Assembly: GCA_963718895.1 (NCBI GenBank)
Contig: CAVRAG010000008.1
Span: 704,001-768,000 of the forward strand
Direction: 5' to 3'
DNA: 64,000 bases
Source of the DNA: an uncultured Nitrososphaerota archaeon
GTDB taxonomy: Archaea > Thermoproteota > Nitrososphaeria > Nitrososphaerales > Gagatemarchaeaceae
A program made the translations under genes and the position numbers. Below the pieces are notes generated by a model that did no database searches, was not told where the DNA came from, and was given only the letters and a program-made list of their open reading frames with translations. Shown here piece after piece: positions 19,626-30,046 of the stretch. Numbering within the stretch: position 1 is the first letter of the stretch; every line of letters starts with the position of its first letter.

Positions 19626-20855
19626 TCATCGCGCCCGGCTCTCCTCGAACGAATCCCTGCGCAAGAGCCGTCCACACTTCCAAATGCCCACGATCTCCCT
19701 GGTATCCGTGATGTGTACCGCCGGTTTGCCCCGTACCATCAGCATGTCGGCGCGGGCGCCGGGGGCAATCCGGCCACGGTCATCCAGGCCAAAGATCCGG
19801 GCGGGGACAGACGTTGCCGAAGTCAGGGCTTCCGTCGGCGTCATCCCCGAGCCGACCAAGAGCTCCAGCTCCCTGTGCATACTCGCCCCGTATGTCGTCC
19901 CAGGGTTAGGCGCGTCAGTGCCGGCCAATACTGGCACGTGGCCTCTCATCAGAAGGGGGATCGTCGATCGCGGCACTTCATAGTCCGGTGAAACCCCGCC
20001 CCGAGACCGAACTGACGCCCTGAGGCTCCCGATCGAGGATTCGGGAAGGTAGCGCCCGAAATCGCTCTCGGCAAGAAGGGCAACGCCTCCGAAGGCACCG
20101 CAGACGCTCTCGAGCACGGTGAGCGTCGGTATCACGAAGGCGTGGCCTCTGGAGAGCAGGCGCTTCAGGTCGGGTGTCGGAGGGGCGTCGATGAATAGGT
20201 GGACGAGCCCGTCCGCCCCACAATCCAGTGCGTCGATGACAAACCTCGACGAGAGGGCGTGCACGACCGCCAGCTTTCCTCGGGCGTGGGCGGCCCTGAC
20301 CACGGCGGACATGGTCGCCCTGTCGATCGTGGGGAACGGCCTGCCGTAGGCGCTCCCGTCATCGTAGACGATCTTGATGAACTGTGAGCCCTCCGATATC
20401 CTCGCATCGACGAAGGCCTCTGCCTCCTCAGGCGCTGAGATCGTCGGGATGGGCAGCCCATACTCGGTTCCGTGCCCGTTCGGCGCGGTCACAAGTGTCC
20501 CCGCGGTCAAGAAATCGGCGATATCTCGCACCCCGGCCGTGACGAGCTTCCGGAGGTCCATGGCCTCCCTGTAGTCGCAGAACATGTCGATGACCGTGGT
20601 CACTCCGAAGTTCAGGGACTGCCGCAGGGAGGCCTCTCCCTCGATGTGGACGTGAGAGTCGATCAGGCCAGGTAGGAGGGTGCAGCCTGCCCCTTCAATC
20701 GTCCGGATGCCTCTGGGGGGCCCGTCGGATGGTCCGACTGCAGTGATGCTGCCGTCGGCGACCGTCACGGTCCGGTCTCTGGAGAAGGTCGAGCCGTCGA
20801 ACAGGTCGGCGTGCGTGATCTCGAAAGAACTAAGGTCTGCGGACAACGGGGTCAC
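19626..20855 (-). CDS. amidohydrolase superfamily protein
   Basis: PGLIDSHVH, GVTTV.D, VHA, H, AGTDAPN, GRIAPGARAD. Confidence 0.9.
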   Translation of the reverse strand: MTPLSADLSSFEITHADLFDGSTFSRDRTVTVADGSITAVGPSDGPPRGIRTIEGAGCTLLPGLIDSHVHIEGEASLRQSLNFGVTTVIDMFCDYREAMDLRKLVTAGVRDIADFLTAGTLVTAPNGHGTEYGLPIPTISAPEEAEAFVDARISEGSQFIKIVYDDGSAYGRPFPTIDRATMSAVVRAAHARGKLAVVHALSSRFVIDALDCGADGLVHLFIDAPPTPDLKRLLSRGHAFVIPTLTVLESVCGAFGGVALLAESDFGRYLPESSIGSLRASVRSRGGVSPDYEVPRSTIPLLMRGHVPVLAGTDAPNPGTTYGASMHRELELLVGSGMTPTEALTSATSVPARIFGLDDRGRIAPGARADMLMVRGKPAVHITDTREIVGIWKCGRLLRRDSFEESRAR

Positions 20856-20914
20856 TAGGATACGGAAACGACTCCAAGATAAACGATATAACGCCTAAGC
20901 TGGGGACTGGCTAT

Positions 20915-21904
20915 GTGCGAAAGATCACCTTCGGAATTGTCCTTCCGACCAGGGGCGTCCTGTTCTCAGGCGCCGACCCCAGGAAGGACGTCATCGAGCT
21001 GAGCAAGCTTACTGAGGAGTACGGCTACGACGGCGTCTGGGCGGGAGACAGCATCCTCGCGAAGCCGCGGCTGGACTCCATAGCGGTCCTCTCGGCCGTC
21101 GCCGGGGCCACCGAGAAGCTGAAGCTTGGCACGTCGTGCTTCGCCAGCTTCCCGCTCAGGCACCCCATCCTGCTCGCCTACCAGTGGGCGACGCTCGACC
21201 AGCTCTCCGGGGGGCGGACGATACTGGTCGTCTGCCAGGGGACCCCGACCACGCACGGCAAGATCTACAGGAACGAGTACGACGCCTTCGGCATCCCTCC
21301 CATCGAGAAGGTGGAGAGGGTCAACGAAGGGATAGAGATTCTGAGGAAGCTCTGGAAGGAGGACGACGTGTCGTACGACGGGAAGATATTCAAGTTCAAG
21401 GACGTCACCGTTCTTCCCAAGCCAGTCCAGAAGAACTGTCCGATCTGGATAGCCTCCAACCCGAGGTCGACCGGGGAGCTCGAGGGTGCACCCGGGAACA
21501 TCGAGGGGAACTTCGAGAGGGTCGGGAAGTACGCGGATGGGTGGATGACGACGATGGTGACTCCGCAGGAATACGACGAAGACCTGACCAAGGTGCTGAG
21601 CTACGCCAAGAAGTATGGCAAGAGCAAGTCGAAGTTCAAGGCGTCCCTCTACTACAACGTGAACATGGGAGAGAAGGACAAAGCCGGCGCCGAGGCCGTG
21701 GACTTCCTCACGAAGTACTACAGGGAGGACGCGTCGCACGTCCTCGACAAGTGGGTCGCCTTCGGGTCCAAGGGGGACGTGATGAAGAAGCTCGAGGCTT
21801 TCGTGGACGCGGGCGTAGGGGACTTCAACATCAGGTTCGTCGCCTGGGACCAAATCAAGCAGCTCAAGAAGTTCAGCAAGGAGATACTCCCCTCCTTCTC
21901 CTAG
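20915..21904 (+). CDS. LLM-class oxidoreductase (paralog of 17860..18822)
   Basis: LPTRG, WAGDSILAKPR, ATLDQLSGGR, PKPVQ. Confidence 0.9.
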   Translation: MRKITFGIVLPTRGVLFSGADPRKDVIELSKLTEEYGYDGVWAGDSILAKPRLDSIAVLSAVAGATEKLKLGTSCFASFPLRHPILLAYQWATLDQLSGGRTILVVCQGTPTTHGKIYRNEYDAFGIPPIEKVERVNEGIEILRKLWKEDDVSYDGKIFKFKDVTVLPKPVQKNCPIWIASNPRSTGELEGAPGNIEGNFERVGKYADGWMTTMVTPQEYDEDLTKVLSYAKKYGKSKSKFKASLYYNVNMGEKDKAGAEAVDFLTKYYREDASHVLDKWVAFGSKGDVMKKLEAFVDAGVGDFNIRFVAWDQIKQLKKFSKEILPSFS

Positions 21905-21906
21905 CG

Positions 21907-23108
21907 CTACCAGTGGACCTTCTCGTAGCGGGGTCAACACCTCGACCCCGCTGCCCGTTATCAACAGGCAGTCCTCGATGACGGCCGTCCCGAAGTCGAG
22001 GATGTGGGCCATCGGCTCGAACGCGAACGACATGTTCTTCCTTAGCCGGGTGTCGGGGAGCCCGAGCGAAGGTATCTCGAAGAAGGATGTGGCTATCGCG
22101 TGGTGGACGATGAGTCCGAGGTAAATCCGGCCGCGGTACTTCTCCTTCAGGCCTGAGCGCTGGGCCAGGTCGCTCGCCTTCTGAACCAGGCTGGACGTTC
22201 TGACGCCGGGCCGCATCATCCCTGTGAGAGTGTCATAGGCGTTCTCGATGACTTCGAGAACCTCCCTCTGCTCTGGATTGGCCCCGCCGACGACGACCGT
22301 CCTCGACATGTCGCTCTGGTAGCCGAACCTGACGGCGCCCATGTCAAGGTAGACCATATCCCCTCGCGTCATCTTCCTCGTCGTCGGGTAGCTGTGCTTG
22401 AGCCCGGACTTCGGGCCGGAGTTGACTATGATGGGGAAGCCGCCTCCGTGGCCTCCTTCGCTCGAGATTGTGTAGTTGGCGACGGCCGCGATCTCGCTCT
22501 CGGTCTTTCCGACGGAGATGCCTTCCACTGCTGCCTTCATCGCATGCGCGGTTATTCTTCCTACCTCGCGAAGCAGAGTCTATTTCCCTTGCGCTCCTGA
22601 TGCTCTTGACCGATGTGTACTCGAACCAGAAATCGATGCACCTCGCTCTGACCCGGGGGGACATCACCTGCCATATCGACATGGGCAGGTTGTCCCTTCC
22701 CACTACGCCGACCTTGCCTCCGCCGAGCTTCAGAATGGTGGTCGAGATCGCGTCTGCGAAGTCCTGGGCGGAGTGCAGGACAGGTCTGAACTCCCGAACC
22801 CAGGTCATCCAGGCGTACGAATTGATGGGTTCGCCGTGCAGGACCGCGTCGGTCACGATCTGGGGGGGCCCGCTCAGGGGCAGGAGCAGGGCGGCCCTGC
22901 CGAACGGGATGTAGTTGGATAGATAGACAAGGTCGCCCGGATCGCCAGCATCGCCGAAGACCATGAGGACACCGACGCCCTTCTCCTCCATCGCCTTCCT
23001 GACCCTCCGGATTCTGGAGTCGTACTCAGAAATCGGAAAGGGCAGGTCGATGTACTCCTTCCTTGTCTCCCAGTCGTAGGGGACCTGCGAATCGTAGCTG
23101 GTCGTCAT
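21907..23108 (-). CDS. M24B Xaa-Pro peptidase family, frameshifts near 22580 and 21932
   Basis: Creatinase-like N-domain; metal ligands LDMG..YQSD..HHAI..FEP..IED; repaired end ...YEKVHW* at 21907. Confidence 0.8.
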
Positions 23109-23174
23109 GGTTCTTCTCGGCTCTCTGACTTCGGAAGCTTGTGGGCCAGGTACGTCCCCGTTGTCAGCCAGACC

Positions 23175-24862
23175 CTACCTTCCCTTCGGAACAGTCGGGA
23201 GTATCACGCAGGAAGGGTGCGCGGCGTCGTGGAACACCGTCTGCTCGGCAACGAGGAGCTCCGAGTCCTGTCCGAAGTCGTGGCCCGTGTTGGGGTTCCT
23301 GTCGTACTTGGGGAAGGAACTGCTGGAGACGTCCAGCCTTATCCGGTGGCCCTTCATGAAGAGATTGCTGAGTCACCCAGAGGTCTATCCTAAACTCGTC
23401 GACCCTGCCGGGCAGAAGGAGCTTCGCTTTCCTCAGGCTCTTGCTGTAGCGCCCGCGGATTATGCCCTCGGTGAGGTGCATCGAGTAACCGTTCGGGAAC
23501 ACATCCACCAGCTGGGCCCAGAAGTCGGTGTCCCTGGCCGAGGTCGAGGCGAAGAGAGTGACCGTCACCGGCCCGCTTATCTCCGTCTCCCTCCCCAGCG
23601 GCATGGTTGAGTAGACGAGGACATCATCCCTCCGTTCGATGGGCCTTTGGTCAAAGGGGCCTTCCGCGCCCTGGCCCATGTCGTCGATGTTTGGGACAGG
23701 ATTGGCCGGGTCATACTGGTAGATATCTCGAGCTGCGTCGGCCGACGGCTTCCGAGTTTCAAGAAGCCCATCGCCGAACGAAGTGTTCGCCTTGCCTCCG
23801 CTTCGGAGGTAGTATGGGACTAGGCGCATCGCTCTCGGCGGCCACTGGTCCTGCTTCTGCCAGCGGTTCGAACCCATCGTGAAGATGTCCACGCTCGGCT
23901 CCCTCTCGATGCCGTTGACGGCCCCCTTCAACCAGTGATCGAACCAGCGGAGCCTGGTGTTGCGAAGGTCGATCAGGGCAGACTCTCCGAAGTCTATGTC
24001 ACCGAGCTTCCTCGTCGTGTTCACGTGGTGCGGCCAGGGCCCGATTATCAGCTTCTGGCTCTTCCTCGTCCGGCTGGACCTCCGGGGCGAAGTCATGCCG
24101 GAGGTAGTTTGCGTGTGTCCCTACTATGTCGTCGTCGTACCAACCTGAGATGTGGAGGACGGGGACGTCGACGCGGTCAAGCTTGTCCTCATAGAAGGCG
24201 CGGCGCCAGTACTCATCGGCGGCCGGGTGCGCGACCCACTCCTGCCACGTCCGGGAGCGCCTCCCGAACTCCTCGTCCATCGTCTTGAGAGGTAGGTGCC
24301 AGAAGAGCCTCTCGGTGTCGTAGAGCGATGTCGTGGTGTTCCTCTTTCCTTCGATCATGGCCATCCACTGGGCCATCCAGAGCACGAGCGCGCCGTTCTG
24401 ATACGGGACGTTAAGGACTGGGTCCGGGAGCGAGACCGTGCAGACCATGGCTTTCAGGCCCGGCGGGTTCAGTGTGGCCGTCGTCCACTGGTTCCAGGCA
24501 GAGTAGGATGCCCCTGTCGTGCCCAGGCTTCCGGTCGACCACTCCTGTCGCGCACACCAAGCCAGGGTGTCGAAGCCATCCCTTGCGTCGTCGTCCTGAA
24601 AGGGCCGATAGGTCCCCTCCGAGTCGTTCTTTCCCCTGCAGTCCTGGATGACGTAGGCGTACCCGTGCTTGGCGAAGAAGAGGGCCTCGTCGTTCTGCAT
24701 CTTCTGGTATCCGTCGACCGTCCGGTAGGGGGTCCTGGTGAGGATGACGGGGAACCTGCCATTCGCGTCGGGACGAAAGACATCGGACGAGAGTCTCTTC
24801 CCGTCCCGCATCCTCTGCCTGGTGCCGAGCTCTAACCTTACGGGATACTCGGGGCCCGGCAT
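23175..24862 (-). CDS. CocE/NonD family serine hydrolase #1, frameshifts near 24100 and 23370
   Basis: MRDG, RTPY, QDCRG..SEG, GASY, GWYDD, GPWPH, SSSFPKYDRNPNTG. Confidence 0.9.
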
Positions 24863-24882
24863 CGATCATCAGTCAGCCTTCC

Positions 24883-26505
24883 TCACTCGGGAGGAATCTC
24901 TTTGGAGATGAGGCCGAGGTTGATGCCCTGGCTGCGTCTTGCGAAGAAGGAGATCGCGTAGATGACGATGCCGAGCACGAAGGTGGGGATGATTCCTCTC
25001 TCAAGCACGTCCCCAAACGTGGGACCGCCTATCGCCGGCGCCAAGAGCGCATAGACGACATAGGCTGAGACCACGAATGAGAGGATGCCGAGTATCGTTA
25101 TGAGCGGCACTCCTCCGTACTTCTTCTTCGCGACCTCATCGGAGGCGCTATCGAAGAGGTCCTTTCTCCTGTACGGGTAGACCATCGCCGCGACGGCCAC
25201 GAACATGAAGGCGAGGAAGGTTCCCGCCGTAGAGTACGAGAACAGGACGCTGAGGAAGCTGGTCTGGTAGACCGAGATGTAGAGATAGATGAGAGACCCG
25301 ACCACCATGACGACAACGGCGTTCACCGGGGTCCTCGTCCTTGAGTTCACGGAAGCGAACGCGTTCGGAAGGACGCGGTCGAACGACCATGCGAAGAGGT
25401 TGCGGCTGAAGACGAACAGCTCCGAGATGAACATCACTACTATCGTGCCGGCGAAAGCCAGGTTGAACAGAACAATCAGGGCTGTGTTGTGGGTCCAGAA
25501 CATCGAAAGACCCGAGGACAACGGGATCGTGATGTACGGGTTGGCACCGCCCGACGCCCAAAGGCCTGCGATCGCGTTAACGAAGTCCGGCCCCTCGCCA
25601 AAGTATGCGACTGCGAAGATCAGAGTCACGACCACCATGAAGATGATGCTGCCTCCAACCTGCGCGAGGATCTGACTCCTCCTGTTCTGCTTCACCTCTC
25701 CCGCGAAGTACGCGGGGTAGTAGAACCCGAGATAGCCGAGAAGCCCCAGAGCGCCCGCTGCGAGTGTCGTCGTCGAGAAGATGGGAGGAACGCCGGGGTA
25801 GGTCCCGAGATTCGTCTCACCTGCCTGGATGACGGCGGTGTATGCAGAAGTTCCGTTGACCGAAGGATAGACTGCGTTGAAGTTAGATATGAAGGTCGTC
25901 TGCCCCGCTGACAGGACGGTTGCGACGAAGATTATCCCGATGATTATCGCAAGGACCGTCCAGTACTTGACGATCGCCCCAGAGAGTCTGGTGCTCCCAG
26001 CGACGACCAGCCCCGTGCCCAGCACGGAGATTGCCGCGATCCAGAAGGTCGGTCCGGGCTGCTGCAGGGTGTTGGCGAGACTGAGATAGGATTGGTTGTT
26101 CCCCAAGATTCCAAGGTCATAGAATATCGGGGAGAAAGACCATTGTGAGAGCCAAGGAGCCACCGCGCCTATCACCGAGAGCGTGAGGAGAGTTAGCGAG
26201 AAGTTGATCACAAACCCTACCCCGGAGTTCAGGACCCTGCTCGTCCAGACGTAGTCGCCTCCGGTCCTCGGCATGGCTATCGAGAACATGGCGTACATCC
26301 CGGCCACGGGGAGGATCAGGAACAGACCAATGAGCGGGCCCACCAGCGGGTTCGCATCCGGATAGAACGCGGGCGTGAAGACGGTCGCGTTGAAGACGTA
26401 GAGGAGCCCCATGCCAGAGAGGGCCATTCCAAGGGCCTCGAGCCCAGAGATCTGCTTCGTCAGTCCGGTAGCTTCCCGAACGAAAGTCGCCGGCGATTTC
26501 GCCAT
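24883..26505 (-). CDS. APC-family amino acid permease
   Basis: FVREATGL, MPRTGGDYVW, AGEVK, FAWSFDR, C-terminal EIPPE; ~12 TM. Confidence 0.9.
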   Translation of the reverse strand: MAKSPATFVREATGLTKQISGLEALGMALSGMGLLYVFNATVFTPAFYPDANPLVGPLIGLFLILPVAGMYAMFSIAMPRTGGDYVWTSRVLNSGVGFVINFSLTLLTLSVIGAVAPWLSQWSFSPIFYDLGILGNNQSYLSLANTLQQPGPTFWIAAISVLGTGLVVAGSTRLSGAIVKYWTVLAIIIGIIFVATVLSAGQTTFISNFNAVYPSVNGTSAYTAVIQAGETNLGTYPGVPPIFSTTTLAAGALGLLGYLGFYYPAYFAGEVKQNRRSQILAQVGGSIIFMVVVTLIFAVAYFGEGPDFVNAIAGLWASGGANPYITIPLSSGLSMFWTHNTALIVLFNLAFAGTIVVMFISELFVFSRNLFAWSFDRVLPNAFASVNSRTRTPVNAVVVMVVGSLIYLYISVYQTSFLSVLFSYSTAGTFLAFMFVAVAAMVYPYRRKDLFDSASDEVAKKKYGGVPLITILGILSFVVSAYVVYALLAPAIGGPTFGDVLERGIIPTFVLGIVIYAISFFARRSQGINLGLISKEIPPE

Positions 26506-26622
26506 CGTTTAGCCTTGGGTTGAAGTAATATTTTAATTAGCTGAATTAGGCATTATTCATATAGTAATCACAGCGTCAGCGCTGGCGAGAGGGCCTTCTT
26601 CCGCAGACGCCCCTGTAATGAG

Positions 26623-27693
26623 TCAGCTAAGACGGCCCTGCGCGACCACGGTCTTGTCTCCTACGGTGAGCGAGCCGTGGTTCGTGGTGAAGTTCACCCC
26701 GAGAACCCTGATTCCGATAACGCCGGCCGAGTGTGCATTCTGACCGTACCCGTACTTCAGGAGGGGATTCAACCCCAGGGTCATCGAAGTTGCCTGTCTG
26801 CTCTTCTCCGAGGCCGCGGCCGCCAGCTTGCCGAACGCCGCTGACGAGACCTTGCTCTTCCACCCGACAACTCTGCCGTCCCTGAAGTCGATCGAGCCGT
26901 CCTTGATCAGGCCGAAGCGCGTCACGGTGGGGGCGAACGTGAACCTTCCCGATACAGACTTCGGGTCGATCTCGGCGTAGACGTAGCCGGGAGGGATGTA
27001 ACAGACGTTGTTCTCGCTCTCCACGTCTTTGGCGTCGACGACTCCGTCGTCGATCTCTTTCACACCCATCAGCTTGAAGCTGAGCTTGGAGCCTGGCGTC
27101 TTGACGATCGCGTCAGAGCCTTCGGTCAGGACCGAGGCGAGATCGCGGGCCTTCCTGCCCAGTGAAGTGAAGTCGGTTAGCGCTGCCTTCAGCTGGTGGG
27201 AGACTGCGGACCCTATGGATCTACCCAGGATCGATGGAGCATCCTCCCCGATGTATCCGAACGCGAGGCGGACCCCGCGCAGCTTCGCCTTGGCGGCTGC
27301 TCTGTACCAGGACTCGCCGTACGCGGTGGAGCCGGTCTGCTCTTCGCGTGAGAGCCTGTGCGAGTAGTTGCCCAGGACAGGTCCGGGTATGAAGACGTAC
27401 GCATCGGAGCCGGAGAGCAGCTTGTACTCCTGCTTCCCCATCTTCCCTAACACATCCTTGGGCGTATCGTGCACGCTCTCGACATAGGCATCTTCGTCCT
27501 CGAATATCGTCAACGGGATTGCGCCCATCTTCCTCGCCTCGAGTACCACTTGGCGGGCGAATGGCAGGCCGTTGTTCCAGGTCTCGACGGTCAGGGACTC
27601 ACCCTTCTTCAAACAGAGGGACTCGGTCAGCACCTTCCTAGCGACCTTTCTGTAGAGGTCGTCGGCAGAAGATTCGGTAGTCAACGCTCGCAC
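26623..27693 (-). CDS. M29 (AmpT/AmpS)-like aminopeptidase homolog, apparently lacking metal ligands
   Basis: SL.LKKGESL.VETW N-domain, GS.LSF, DDG, FRDGRVV, LGLNP. Confidence 0.7.
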   Translation of the reverse strand: MRALTTESSADDLYRKVARKVLTESLCLKKGESLTVETWNNGLPFARQVVLEARKMGAIPLTIFEDEDAYVESVHDTPKDVLGKMGKQEYKLLSGSDAYVFIPGPVLGNYSHRLSREEQTGSTAYGESWYRAAAKAKLRGVRLAFGYIGEDAPSILGRSIGSAVSHQLKAALTDFTSLGRKARDLASVLTEGSDAIVKTPGSKLSFKLMGVKEIDDGVVDAKDVESENNVCYIPPGYVYAEIDPKSVSGRFTFAPTVTRFGLIKDGSIDFRDGRVVGWKSKVSSAAFGKLAAAASEKSRQATSMTLGLNPLLKYGYGQNAHSAGVIGIRVLGVNFTTNHGSLTVGDKTVVAQGRLS

Positions 27694-27848
27694 TGTGAGC
27701 GCCCTTGATACTTAACAGTTTGAGGCTTGAGACATAGGGAAGGATGGGTTGAATTCGGCAGCGTCTCGACTCGTTCGGCGGAGGGTCAGATTCGTGGGCG
27801 CGGGAACGGACAAGGATTATAACGGACGTCCGCCCTTTCTTGAAGGGA

Positions 27849-28748
27849 ATGGCACGGAAAACGCTCAGGGGAGTCTTCCCCCTCATGCCCTTTGTCGTGA
27901 AGAAGAATCGCGAGATCGACCTTGCCGGGCTGGAGGAGAACGTCCGCGCCTACGAGGAGGCGGGGTTCGACGGCTTCGTCTCCTTCGGCTGCATGGGCGA
28001 GTTCTATGCCTCTAACTTCGAGGAGTTCAAGAAGGTCGTCGATGTCGCTGTCGGAGCCTCACGCAAGATAATGTGCGTCTTCGGGACCACGTTCCACAAC
28101 ACCCGTGAATGTATCGAACGCACGAAGTACGCGCAGGCCGCAGGGGCCGACGGGGTGATGATCGGACTTCCATATCTGATTCCATGCACGCCCGAGGCGG
28201 CCTACGAGCACTACAGGCTCGTCAACGACATTGCAGACGACGTGCAGATCATGCTCTACAACAACCCGGGCTCCTTCAAGTTCAACATCGACGTCTCCCT
28301 CTGGGACAGGCTCATGCAGCTCGACCGGGTCAAGGCCGTAAAGGAGTCGAACGGCGATGTCACGCACAGGACCCGGGTCATCAGCCACATCTCCAAAGGA
28401 ATCAACGTCTTCTCTGGCGGAGAGAACTGGCTCCTGGGAGACTCGTTGGTCGGAGCAAACAGCCTCGTCGGCGTCGTTGCTCCCGGAGCCCCGCAGGCGG
28501 CGAGACAGTTCTTCGATGCCTGCATGAAGAGAGACGTTGCTCGGGCGGTACCCTATCACGTCAAGTTCACTCAGGTCTACGACGAACTGACGGCCCAGAA
28601 CGAGGTCGCCTGGGAGAAGGCCTGCGCCGAGCTCGGGGGCTTCAAAGCCGGCCCCCCGAGGGAACCCTACCTCCCGCTCGAGGGTCCCGTGAGGTCAAGG
28701 CTGGCCGCTGGGCTGCGGGCGCTGAACCGCATGGCAGCCAGTCGATGA
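27849..28748 (+). CDS. dihydrodipicolinate synthase (DHDPS/NAL) family protein
   Basis: GCMGEF, GADG...LPY, LYNNP, Schiff-base VKESNG, G.PR.P..PL. Confidence 0.9.
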   Translation: MARKTLRGVFPLMPFVVKKNREIDLAGLEENVRAYEEAGFDGFVSFGCMGEFYASNFEEFKKVVDVAVGASRKIMCVFGTTFHNTRECIERTKYAQAAGADGVMIGLPYLIPCTPEAAYEHYRLVNDIADDVQIMLYNNPGSFKFNIDVSLWDRLMQLDRVKAVKESNGDVTHRTRVISHISKGINVFSGGENWLLGDSLVGANSLVGVVAPGAPQAARQFFDACMKRDVARAVPYHVKFTQVYDELTAQNEVAWEKACAELGGFKAGPPREPYLPLEGPVRSRLAAGLRALNRMAASR

Positions 28749-28812
28749 TCCGCACGGGTCTTCCCTGGCGAAGGTATATCCACGGGAACTTCGCAGCGAA
28801 GGTCGTCAGATA

Positions 28813-30003
28813 TTGCGAGTCGTGGTTCTCGGGGGCGGCATAACGGGGATGTTCGTCTCGTACTATCTGCTCGAGGACGGTCACGAAGTGACCCTCGTAG
28901 AGGAGAGGGCCGGTGAGCTTACCACTTCGTCCTACAACGGGGGTTTCATCACACCCTCGTTCAGCCCGGCGCCCCCGATCGGGCTCGCCAAGGTGGCGTC
29001 GACGGTCTTTGGAGCGAGCGGGCCCCTCTACATCTCCCCGTTCGAGGTCGTGAGGAACGCGGGCTGGTTCATCAAGGCGGCCCGCGAGGGTGTCACGGCG
29101 CACGAGAAGGAGGTCCTGGATCTCGGGGCGAAGAGCCTCGAGCTGTATCAGGAGTTCTTCAAGAACGACGACCTCCAACCCGAGAGGCACCAGGGCATAA
29201 TCGGGCTCTACAAGGACGAGCGCGACGCCCAGAGGCTCGCAGAGAAGTTCGGCGAGAGGTTCGTCGGAGGGCGTGAGATCGCCGAGATGGGATATGTCGG
29301 CCTCGGAGGAGGCGTGATGGCGGAGAAGGAAATCTCCATCGACCCTGCGAAGTTCTGCGGTGCCCTGCTGGCGCGCCTGCGAGCGATGGGCGTGAAGGTG
29401 AGGCTCGGCGAGAAGGGTGTGCTCACGGGCTCGGGGGTTCGAGCAGAAGCGAAGCTGCAAAGCGGAGAGAGGTTGGAGGCCGACTCGATAGTCGTTGCCT
29501 CAGGGGCCATGAGTAAGGAAGTCCTCGCTCCCCTAGGATACGACCCAAAGGTGCTACCGGCGAGGGGCCTGGTTCTGCTCTATGACTCGGGAGGGAGGAA
29601 GATAGTCCCGATGCCGACCCTCCTCGAGGACTATGGGATAGCTCTGGTTCAGCACGAATCGGGGGCCGTCCGCCTCACCAGCTTCTTCGAGATGACAGGC
29701 TACAAGGACGACTTCGCCGAGGACAGGAAGGCTTGGCTGGAGGGGACCGGGCGGGCTCATCTGCCCGCGCTGGCAGGGCTCAAGCAGATCCAGGAAGGCA
29801 CGGGATTCAGGCCCTGCACGCCGGACCAGATGCCCGTCATAGGCAGGGTTCCCGAATACGACAACCTGTTCGTCGCGACCGGCAACTGCAGACTGGGCAT
29901 AACCCTCGCGCCGGTCACTGCGTACATCATTCGAGCCCTGGTAGACGGCGTTGAACCGGAGGGTGTCGCCTGGCGGCTCTTCGACCCTGCGAGGTTCGCC
30001 TAG
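28813..30003 (+). CDS. FAD-dependent D-amino acid dehydrogenase-like oxidoreductase (DadA/DAO family)
   Basis: GGGITG, SSYNGG, GFRPCTPDQMPVIG, ATGN..LG.TLAP.T, FDPARF. Confidence 0.85.
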   Translation: MRVVVLGGGITGMFVSYYLLEDGHEVTLVEERAGELTTSSYNGGFITPSFSPAPPIGLAKVASTVFGASGPLYISPFEVVRNAGWFIKAAREGVTAHEKEVLDLGAKSLELYQEFFKNDDLQPERHQGIIGLYKDERDAQRLAEKFGERFVGGREIAEMGYVGLGGGVMAEKEISIDPAKFCGALLARLRAMGVKVRLGEKGVLTGSGVRAEAKLQSGERLEADSIVVASGAMSKEVLAPLGYDPKVLPARGLVLLYDSGGRKIVPMPTLLEDYGIALVQHESGAVRLTSFFEMTGYKDDFAEDRKAWLEGTGRAHLPALAGLKQIQEGTGFRPCTPDQMPVIGRVPEYDNLFVATGNCRLGITLAPVTAYIIRALVDGVEPEGVAWRLFDPARFA

Positions 30004-30015
30004 GTTCTGACCAAC

Positions 30016-30023
30016 TTTTTAAA
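30016..30023 (+). promoter_or_regulatory. TATA box of the dipeptidase gene
   Basis: TTTTTAAA ending 24 nt before ATG 30047. Confidence 0.55.
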
Positions 30024-30046
30024 CCGAGGAAGCTGGCTTTTCCCGC

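Noticed and set aside
20966-21906. Apparent long C-terminal extension of the M24 peptidase (524-aa ORF)
   Set aside because: Read-through antisense to the LLM gene caused by the frameshift near 21932
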